NCBI GenBank assembly: GCA_965112735.1
Contig: OZ218951.1
Location: forward strand, 2,790,001-2,854,000
DNA length: 64,000 nt
Source: Phaeosaccion multiseriatum
Lineage: Eukaryota; Protista; Ochrophyta, other classes
Direction of reading: 5' to 3'
This document shows, piece after piece, positions 50,497-60,276 of this stretch (position 1 is the first letter of the stretch; every line of letters starts with the position of its first letter). The notes under the pieces were generated by a model. It worked only from the letters and a program-made list of their open reading frames with translations. It searched no databases and was not told the origin of the DNA. The position numbers were made by a program, and so were the translations under genes.

Positions 50497-51002
50497 TCAC
50501 CCCGCGAGGAAAAGAAGTCTCACGCCAGCGATGAGCGGCGCCAGCAGAAAAGCATAATCGAACAAGCTCGACGGGGCTGCGCCGGAGGTGGTGGAGCGGG
50601 AACTATCACGACTGGTTTCCTCCGAGGCCGGCGGATCAAGAGGGGAGAGAGGGGCGGAAGTAGTATCCGCCCCTTCTGCCTCTGCCTCTGATGGTGGTGG
50701 TGTCGAAGGCGCCTCGGCTGAGCTCGCCGGGGTGGGGTGTGGTGTGGCTGCTGCTGACGCGGCCGGCGCCGGAGTAGGAGTGGCGACGGCAGCAGCAGTG
50801 GTGGTGGTCTCGTCCTCGTCCTCGTCCTCCTCCTTCCCCCCCCCCTCCCCCGTAGTGGCACCCCTCCCGTAGGCGCAGCTGTCGTGCTCGCCCGTGAGTC
50901 TGTTGACACAGGTGCTCTTGCAGTCTGGCGACAGGGCGAAGCCTAGGCGTTGGAACACTCGTTTCGTCACCGACCCTACACATCTAGAGACAACCGACGA
51001 CG

Positions 51003-51054
<52 letters not shown>

Positions 51055-52575
51055 GGGGGAGGGGAGGGGAAAGGGCACAGCGACAGAGGCAGCAGCAGAA
51101 GGAGGAGGAGGACTTTAGTCAGACCGCGTGCGTAAGAGGAGTCAAGATGCCAATCTAAACCACTCCCCACTCCTCCTCCTCCTCCTCCTCCTCCTCCTCC
51201 CTCTCTCCTGGGCGGAACGAAGCCTCGATAGATGCGCCTCCCTTTGTCTCACCCACCTCATGACTTCGCTGGGAGCGAGACTTGGCGTTAGCAGGCTGTC
51301 AAAATTCCCTGGTGGGAAGAAGTCCTCATCAAAATTGCTCATGGACGATCCGAACTCGAAGGGGTCCGGAGTGTAAATCGGGACGCAGCCTTGTTAGCCA
51401 GGGAGGGGAGGAGGTGAAGAAGGGACGGGAGAGGGGGGGGGGTGAGAGAGGCCAGTGGATGAGACCGGAGGGAGGGTCAGAACAGCAAAGTCACAATGGG
51501 AAGCAAGCCAGCGGTCCCACCGGCACCGGCGGCAGCAAAGAGTATATGTATAATGACATAAGCTGTGCGAGTGCCTGTGTGTACCTTGCTCTTCGTCGGC
51601 GATGCACACAGTCCCCGCGGTAAAGATGCTGCTGCTCCTCTGGTCCGCTCTCGAGGTGGGGAAGTTCTGGGGGTTGACGACGCGGGAGTCAGCGGCACTC
51701 GTCTCCTGCATGAGCATGTTGAAACCCGTGGCGCTGCTCCCGTGTCGCTGCACCTCAACCCAGTATGGCCCCTGCCTCTCATACAAGGCGCCGTCTTGGT
51801 CGTCGTTCTCGTTGGCCGCAATGCCGAAGATGAACTTGGAGCTGAAGCCCAGAGCATGACCGAGCTCACGGGTGACTACGCTCACAAAGTCGAAAGCGTC
51901 TTCCTCAATGGCTGCTGCATCCATGCCGTAGTAGAAATTTGTCGTTTGACTAAAGTCGAGTGTGGCGTCCCACTCGACCCCGAGACTTGCGAGGCCTGCT
52001 GTCACGTCGCCAATGATCCCGTACCGCAGCTGCGCGGAGCTGTATTGCGTGACGGTGACGTCGTCTGCTTCCAGCACAAACTGGAAATTGGTGGAAGTCT
52101 GTGCAGCCGGGGTCCTCCCGTTCTGCCTAGCCCCACCCATCTCGGCTGCAACGGGATCGATGCGTAGCTTGATGCTCCCGAAAGGCGCCGGCGCAAGGAC
52201 TTCTGCCCAGATGCACAAGGCCTCCTCCGTGGCGGCCACTGCCTGCTCCAGCTGCGGAGAAGGAGCAGGGCTGGGCGCAAAGGTGGCGTCAAACAGGCGG
52301 CTGTAATCGCAGTCCCGTTTTGCTGCGGGTAGCCTACGCGGGATGAGCCTTCTTCGATGCCGCAAACCTTCAATTCCTCGCTGCCACTCCTCCTCGTCTT
52401 CCACCCCCGCCCCCACGCTCTCCACACACGTGTGGGCAGGGGTAAGGCCCACAAACGCTGTGCTCAAAGCATCCGTCCCCTCGTCCTGTAATAACCGCTG
52501 ACCAGCCACGCGAAGCTCCCACCGGAGCACGCACACCATTATGAGAAGAAGTACATTTCCCCATTGCCGCTGCAT
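50497..52575 (-). CDS. Secreted, probably GPI-anchored zinc-metalloprotease-like protein with degenerate zinc site (exons 52575-51585, 51389-51257, 50983-50497)
   Basis: Signal peptide; TNFYYG...FDFVSVVTRELGHALGFSS...PIYTPDPFEFGSSMSNFDE...SLLTP...VGSVTKRVFQRLGF; then a S/T/P/A-rich stalk and a hydrophobic C-terminus (LFDYAFLLAPLIAGVRLLFLAG*). Confidence 0.78.
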
Positions 52576-52991
52576 CCTTCAGCACTGCCACTTCCCCAAA
52601 GAAGGCGGGTGCCTGTGCACTCTGTATGCTCTGTGCTAATGAAGTTCTGCGGGAGGAGAGAGAGAAAAAGAAAAGAAATTAAAGCAAAAAAATTGGTTGC
52701 TGCTGTTCCTTTGGGCCTTCGCTGTTGCTGGTACGGCTGCTAATCAGTAGGTGGGAGAAACCTCCCTGGCTCTCCCACAGCTACTGCTTCTCGTTAGCTC
52801 TCTGTGAAGAGCATAATAGGAAGGGACGATGAGTCGACATGGGAGTTAGAAAGTTTTGGGTGCCATCCGGCATCCGCTCCAACCGCCCATCGCCGTACCC
52901 CCCATTGTTGGAATCATTGTTGCCTGTAGGATCCCTGTAGAAAACCCTCCACGCATAGTAGTTTAATTGGCCTGCCATCACTCTTATCAAC

Positions 52992-54498
52992 ATGCTTATT
53001 AAAAATATGAGCAAGGTTCTCGTCGCTTTCTTCTTCCTCCTTTGTTCTGTCGTCGGCTCAGAGATCAACCACGGCGAGATCGAAACATGCAGCGGCTGAC
53101 AGCTCAACAAGTTAAAAGGTACGTACAATAGGACGCCTCTATACTGAATGGGCCACCCCCTTTACTTGGTTGCTCTCCCCTCCGTTCCTCCACCGCTTCC
53201 ACCCTGTCGTGACGGAATTGACGGAATAACATTTCTTGACCGCCCCCCACTGCCTGCCTATCTGCCATGGCGCCCTCCCTCCTTGTCGGCCCTTTTCTGC
53301 CGTGTGCCCTTACTCGTGCCGCAGAGGCTAAGCGCTTCATCAAAGGTGAGAGAGTTGGATACTGATGGAAGAGGCTTAGACCTTTCGTTCCAGCCCATCT
53401 TAAACTCGTGGTGCCCTTTCCTCATTTCATTTGTACGGCCTGCTTTGCTCTCAGGCAAGCATGGGGCTGCCGACTACGAAGCCCTCAAGGTCAGATTTGT
53501 ACGCGGAAAAGCGCCGACGTTGATCCTCTACAACGAAGAGGACAAGGAGGTAAGAATGGGTGGCGTTGTGTTTAGGCATGGATGCTGTAGTCCCCCCCCA
53601 GGACGTCACTCTAGAACTCTAGGCACGCCTCCTGGTCTGGATAAAGCTTGTCTTCCACGTAAGCCTTTCCTCCACCCTTCCCTTAGTAGCCTGTCCTCAC
53701 CCCTTGCTTCCAATGAGACGCCCCTCTTAGGGGCGCACCGGCGCCTTTACCACCCACCCCTTATCTAACCTCCCCCCGCCCCCCCTCAGGTCGAGAGGCA
53801 CCTGCTGAGCAAGCTGACCGCTGCCGAGATGCACGCTCTTGTGCAGTCCAAGGGGCTGCAGCGCAGGGACGGCTCGGAGGAGCTGGAGCAAGAGGAGTGG
53901 AGGAGGGAGGATGAGGCACGGGCGGACAAGGAGAAGCAGGTGAGGTGGATGGAGTGTACGTACAGGATGAGACGGAGGGCAGGTAGGCAGCATCCACAGT
54001 CTCTTGTTTCTGTGCTTTCCCGTCTTTGCATGGTTCGTTCAAGGCCCCTTGCTGTGCCAACAAAAAACTCATCAGAAAATGCCCATATGGATGTCATCTC
54101 CTTTGATGTGATAATGAATAGAGACAGGCGCGGCGGCTGGAGAAGGAGAAGGAGGCCCAAAGGAATGCTAAGGCTTCTGAAGGAAGAGAGGCCACGGGAG
54201 AGGCCGCACTCAAGACACACCAAGAGGTAAGACAGAGAGGCAGGCAGACAAGACAGTCTTTTTCTCTCTCTCTCTTTGGAGAAGCTTGCTGCGCACACCC
54301 ACTTCCCCCCTCCTTCAACGTTCTCATCATCTAGCGGTCCTTTCGCATTGAACGATGCCTCTTGCCGCCATGTACCGGTAGGGTATAGCGTGTCAACGTG
54401 TGTGTGTACTTATCCTCTCTCCCCACTTCTCTCTCCCCTCTTCTCACCCACGGAAGGCTGCCGCTGTGGGCGATGACTCTGCCAACACAGAGCTCTAG
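52992..54498 (+). CDS. SELENOM: Selenoprotein M (SelM/Sep15 family), 6 exons, Sec at TGA 53097-53099
   Basis: MLIKNMSKVLVAFFFLLCSVVGS-EINHGEIETCSG[TGA]QLNKLK|EAKRFIK|GKHGAADYEALKVRFVRGKAPTLILYNEEDKE|VERHLLSKLTAAEMHALVQSKGL...ANTEL*. This matches the SelM motif ETCGGUQLNRLKEVK.F, with a signal peptide and an xxEL ER-retention-like end. Confidence 0.93.
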
Positions 54499-54661
54499 TA
54501 GGCCAACGAACTCCACAGCGTGTTGGTTCCTCAGCTAGTTCACAGATGCTCTAGTCTCTTACGGTCGCCTCTGGCGCCACATGAGGAGAGTCGAGGACGA
54601 CCGAGAGGTCCTCTTCGTGTGGTGGCGCCAGTGCCATGTGTAAGCGTGAGTGGCGGGCAAC

Positions 54662-54727
54662 GGATGAATGACGGGGCGAGTAACTCACAGTTACGAGAAG
54701 TAACTGCTGCGGCCCCTGACAAAATCC
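54662..54727 (+). promoter_or_regulatory. SECIS element (type II-like) in the SelM 3' UTR
   Basis: GGAT/ATCC lower helix, AUGAC...UGAC kink-turn core (54668-54672, 54717-54720), GGGGC..AG/CT..GCCCC upper helix, unpaired AA (54682-54683), and CAGTTAC/GTAACTG apical mini-stem. Confidence 0.8.
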
Positions 54728-55444
54728 CCACCCCTCTTGACACGTACGCAGCAATAGAGCCCCTTTCCAGAGAGGAAGCATCGTCGAAAGAAGCGCACTC
54801 CTACGCTCTGGTGTTGAGCATTGTATTTTGAACATTTACTTTGGTGTACGTGTAAGTATGTATGTATGTATGTATGTATGTATGTATGTATGAACAGAAA
54901 AGGAATGTGCTTGGGGGAAAGAAGCAAGTCACGTAGGTGGATTGGGCACTTTCACACCACCTGCTCCTGCTCCTGTCAATACACAAGAGTTCCCCCGCAA
55001 GAAGCGCATAGACTTGTCCCTCCTCCCTTCCGGCCCCTCTCGACAGGAAGAAAAAGCAATCAGTCTCACCTCCCTTTTGACCCCTATCGATAATCGATAG
55101 AGCGGCAAAAGCAAGATCGATCCCTCCTCCCTTCCCCCAGCGGCCTGTCCGGCCGTGCAAGCAACCGAGAGCAGAGCAGAGCCACACATGTGTGTGGTAA
55201 GGGGGAGAAGATGCTTCACCAATGCGCCAAGCGTTGGTGGCTCAAAGCTCCCCAATCAAAGCAAACAAGGCGAAGCAGTCCCTGACAAGCTCTGATCGCA
55301 GTGCTGTGACCGCATAGAAGAATCGGTTTCGGCTGCTGTCTCACCTTCTTCCGACTGTCGTTTGGAGAGGCCCCATGTAGCAGGCAAGGAGGTGTCCCTC
55401 GGCTCGCGTCACAAAAAGGGCCGGGGCTCGGGCGTCGCGCTCTT

Positions 55445-55640
55445 ACATTGGGGTACCCTCAGTGGCGTTCCACTAATTCCTCCTCCTCCTCCTCCTCCTC
55501 CTCCTCCTCCTCCTCCTCCTCCTCCTCCTCCTCCTCCTCCTCCTCCTCCTCCTCCTCCTCCTCCTCCTCCGCGCCGTAGCCGGACATTGGGGTACCCTCA
55601 GTGGCGTTCCACTAATTACCCCTCCTCCTCCTCCTCCTCC
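55445..55640 (+). repeat. 34-bp direct duplication, each copy followed by (CCT)n
   Basis: ACATTGGGGTACCCTCAGTGGCGTTCCACTAATT at 55445-55478 and 55584-55617. Confidence 0.9.
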
Positions 55641-56061
55641 CACCACCACGGCGAGGAGGAGGAGCCTCAGCCTCACCCCAAGCGCGTCACACGACCATCG
55701 CAAAAGCACATCCAAGAGCGCACAGAGCGACCGTAAGGCACAGCTCTTGGGCTGCTCCTCAAGCGTTGTCGGTTCGCCCCCGGCCCGCCCCTCGTTCGTA
55801 AGACACTGCTCTTGGGCCGCTCCTCAAGTCTTGTCAGTCACTCGTGTCGGTTTCGCCCCCGACCCGACCAGCCTCGAAAGTCGAGACTGAGGTGGGGTCT
55901 GAATACAGAGAGCGGCAACCGCAGGCGAGCGCAAGCCACACCAACCAAAGTGCTGTGCATGTCCCTATCGCTCTTTCAGTCATTCATCCGTCCAGCGCAG
56001 CACATGCTCTTCTGTTCTCTTCTCTTCTCTTCGCTTCTCTTCCATGATCTTAAGTCGTCAA

Positions 56062-58301
56062 TCAGTCCAGGGGCGGAGGGTAGAACTGCGCGTACTTCTG
56101 CTCATAAATGACGCAAAATCGCCTCTTTGGCCCCCTTCGCACTCGATGATTTGTGGCCTTGATGCGCTGCTGAGACGCCTCTTGCAGAGCCTTGCCAGCG
56201 AACACCACAACGTCGGCACCTTGAGGGGGTGAGGTAGGGAGTGAGTGAGTGAAGGAGGGAGTGAGTGAGCGAGTGAGCGAGTGAGAATGAGGGTGAGTGA
56301 GTGAGTGAGTGAGTGAGTGAGGGTGTGAGGGAGTGAGTAAGTGAGTTGAGGAGTGAATGAGTGAGTGAATGAGCGAGGAAGTGAGGGACGGATAGAGGAA
56401 GGAAGGAAGGAAGTGAGTAAGGTGATTAAGCTGAGTGAGTGAGTGAGTGAGTGATTGTGATTGTGATTGTGATTGAGATTGAGAGAGGCAGCGAATAACT
56501 GAGTGACAACGTCGGCACCTTCCTCGCAGCGAGCCTCAACCTTGACCCAGCTGATTTTGTGGTTATTGTTGTTGTTGTCCACCGTTGAGATGGTAGCAAG
56601 CGGGAGGAGGAACGCAAGGGAAGGGAGAGGAACAAGAGCCGTGGGAGGGTGGGTGGATGGCGGGGAGAGGCAAGAAGGTGGGGGGGCGAAGGAGAAGCGT
56701 ATGATGAGAATGAGACAGGTAAAGGGCGGTGATGAACAGCCACGCACGCACGCACCCACGCACCTCTTGGAGAGGGCATCGAACACCTCCAGGCCCTCCA
56801 CGCCGCAGCACGGCTCGGCCACGAAGAGGCTGGGGTCGCAATGCTCAGTCACATTCAGTTCGTCCTACCAGGCAGGGAGGGGGGGAGGGAAGGGGAAGGC
56901 AGTTGGTTCAAGAATACAGCAAGAGCGTCGACGGTGGTGCATTCTGTTCTCATGAATTTGTGTAGAAAGCTTTCCTGGCGTCTTGTTTTACAGGTCCCCA
57001 ACCATTCACACCTACCCCCCCCACACACCCTGTGCCACCCTGGGGTCGAAAAGGACGGAACTGACCTTGAATTTCGCTTCGTCGTTGGGATAGTGAAGTG
57101 CGTAGCATACACTAAAGTCATCTCCGATCTCCTCAGGAGGCGTCACCGTATAGCCCAATGCCAGGCTCAACGCGCGATCGCATACCTGTTGAGCCAATCA
57201 AGTCGAGTAGTAGAGTCGATACGATCGGTACATAACGTACGGGGAGGGAGTGGCGGGAGCGGCAGGAGCGACCGGGGTGGGGCATGTCAGGAGAAGTGGG
57301 CCAGGAGCAGTGGAGTCATGGTGAGAGAATGGTGGGCCCCTTGCCCTTCTCTGCACGTCTCCCTCATGAGTCTGCGTGCGTCCCTCCTCCATCGCTGAAT
57401 GTTACCTTCTGCAGCTGCCTCATGAGAGACATCCACGCGGATGACAGCTCCGACGACGGCCACGGCTGCCGGTCAGGACACGCTTTAGAGAGAGAGAGAG
57501 GGAGAGAGAGAGAGAGAGACGGGGAAAGCGCAAGGAGTAACAGGTCAGTGGACCAGTCTTGCTTGCTTTACTCGGAGGGTTTTCTTTCTCCATCAAAGCA
57601 CGCCTTTCCTACACGACTCTCCTTGTCCTGGCGCTACTCCTCCTGGGCTGCCCCCTCCCCTCCTGTCCCTGCTGACAACTTGTCTGGCGCGCCCAATCGC
57701 AAGGACTACTTTCCAACTCCACCTGCTTGGATTCTGAAGGCTTCTCGCATCTCGCCGCACTTCTCATATCCGGTGTTCCACATGGGGATGCCCCGCTCGT
57801 TGAAATAGACCGGGCCCCGACACCCGGCTTTGGCCTGCCGAGGTCAACAGCAGAAGATATGAAGAGGGGGTGTTGAGAACGCAGTCGTGCACAGCTGAAT
57901 ACGATCGTAAGCAAGGGGGAGAGCTTCCTGGTCCCCGTCCCCGTTCACTGCACATCCTCGCCTCACCTCCTCACCTCCTCCTTTCCCTTATCTCCTTCTC
58001 CTTCTATATGCACACTCACCTCTCCTTCCGCCTCCAAGAAGAAGCGTTTGAGCTCCTGTATGAAGCTCTGATGTTCCCTCGCCACGCTGCTGGCCTCTCT
58101 GAGCACCACAAAGCCATGCTGAGTCATGAGGTTCATGAAGTGAGCCGCGTTGGCCCACCTGAGATCTTTCATAGCCATGAGAGGGAGTTTCAGAATCTGC
58201 GCCGTCTCCCTGTTACCATTGCTACACGAGCTCACTCCGAGCGTAGAGCCGAGCACGGAGAACTTCCGTGTCTTGTGCAGCTGCAAAGAGAGAGGCAGCA
58301 T
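56062..58301 (-). CDS. 2-oxoglutarate/Fe(II)-dependent oxygenase (IPNS/DIOX-like fold)
   Basis: MTQHGFVVL...GYEKCGEMREAFRI...QPWPS...ALHYPN...VTEHCDPSLFVAEPCCGVEGLEVFD...WVKVE...VVFAGKALQ...IKATNHRV...RRFCVIY gives the HxD...H facial triad plus the 2OG-binding Arg. The start is inferred. Confidence 0.85.
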
Positions 58302-58426
58302 AGCAAGAGAGAGTGAGAAAAAAATGGGGAGAAGCAACAAAAGTAATTTCGCCAACCTGTTATCCCGAAGCACCAATGTCCTTAGCTCCTCGCTCTTTTG
58401 GGGGGGGGGGGGGGAAGGGAGGGGCG

Positions 58427-59741
58427 ATGGACGAGTGCCAAAAGTCGTTCTTGCACGACGTGTCGCTAGGGTGCTCCATCGAAGGTGCTGTGCTCCCTCA
58501 TGCACACGGGACGGAGGCATCAGGCCGAGCGGCGGCTCGTGCCACACTAGCCCTATCAGGTTACAAACCGCTGGACTCCGCCACAGTGGATCTCTTGGAG
58601 AAGCAAGGGTGCTTCAGCGAAAGCTGGGGAGATGTGCACGCGTGCATGGTGCGTACGTGCGCTAGCCGTGCAGAATCTAAGGGTGTCTTCCCACTCTTCA
58701 GTAAAGACCCCTGTGCTCTCTCCTCCCGGCCCTTCTGCTTCTCATGACAGACCTCCGGGGAGCAGCGAGGGCAAGACGCATGGCAGCGAGTGAGGGGCTG
58801 TCGGTTTGTGGGTGCGGTCTACTTTACCGTGCCCTCTGCTGCTGCCAATGACGGTGGTGCTGGTGATGGAGATTTCCCCCACAGTGTAAGAAGAGGGGCG
58901 GCGCTTTCAAGGAGAGCTTCGGACTCTAGTTCATGCCTCTGCTGATGCTGCTCCTGATGCTGCTGCTACGCTACCCTTACAAAGACTTCTCCCCCACTTC
59001 TCCCTCTCCTCCTCTCCTGTCGCACCAGGTTTCCCTCCCCGGCATGTCTACGTCAACACCAGCGGGCTTCTACAACTGCACCATCAGTAGCTGCGTCATT
59101 GAGGCCGGCGTGTTGCTTCAAGACTGCACCCTGCTCCACTGCTGTCTTGTGCGGACGGGGGCTGCCCTGGTGGGGTGCGGCCGTGTTATGGGCAGTGGGC
59201 CAGTTGTAGCCGGGCCGACAGGCGGGGCGGGGGGCTGCTTCGCCAATGGACTTGTCGTGTCGGTGGGGCCCGAGACGGGGGGTAGAGAGGTGGCGTGCCA
59301 CGCATGCATGGAGCTCAGCGACGCGGTAAGGAAGGAACGAGGAGGAGGAGGAGGAGGAGGAGGAGGAGGAGGAGGAGGAGGAGGATGAGCAACAACGCCC
59401 AACCCAACCCAACCCAACCCAACCCGCCCAATCCAACCTCTACCGAGCAGGTGGCCCAAGGGGTGGCCCAGCGAGACGATCCCTCCGATGTATCCATGCT
59501 TGAAGAGCGACGCTCACGTGCCATACAAGCTGCTGGTGAGGCTCGCTGTGGCCTCTGTATAGTGGGGGTGGGCGGTAGACTGGTGGGCTGTCCGTTGGTG
59601 CGTGGGGTGTACGTGGGGCAGGGCAGCCGGCTGATGGACGTGAGTGTGGAGGACTGCACTGTGCTGTCTTCGGCAAAACACCCCACCTCTCTGCAGGGCG
59701 GGTGTCGAATCAAGAACAGTCTGATACAGGTGTGTGGGTCG

Positions 59742-59797
<56 letters not shown>

Positions 59798-60222
59798 AAG
59801 TGAGAAAGAGAGAAAGAGGGAAGAGAGGGACAAAAGAAAAAAACTAAGCCAAAAAGGGCACAGGAGAGAGGGGAGAGGAGAGGCCCGACCGAACCACGTG
59901 CCCAAGGGAGATATGCTATAGTAGGCTAGGCTTAGGCGTCATCCCTTCTCACTCGCCCTCGCTGCTGCTTTCTCCTCTCTCGCTCCTTTCCACCAATCCA
60001 TTTGTATGCCTGCTGCTACCACTCCCCCCTCCTCCCCGCGCGCGCCTCTCTCAGATCGGTGTGAAGACGGATGGGCACAGCATCATCGAGAATTGCATGC
60101 TAATGGACCACAGTCACGTGGAGTGCCAAGCTAAGGTAAGATAACACTCGCTTCTTTGGTTATCTTCTGTCCTTTCCCCGCCTACACCCTATGTGTATCC
60201 ACAATTTGTATGATCCATCTCC

Positions 60223-60276
<54 letters not shown>

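Noticed and set aside
54472-54520. Alternative SECIS at ATGA 54473
   Set aside because: It lies within the predicted last coding exon (GDDSANTEL) and lacks a convincing helix and GA partner; the 54662-54727 hairpin fits far better.
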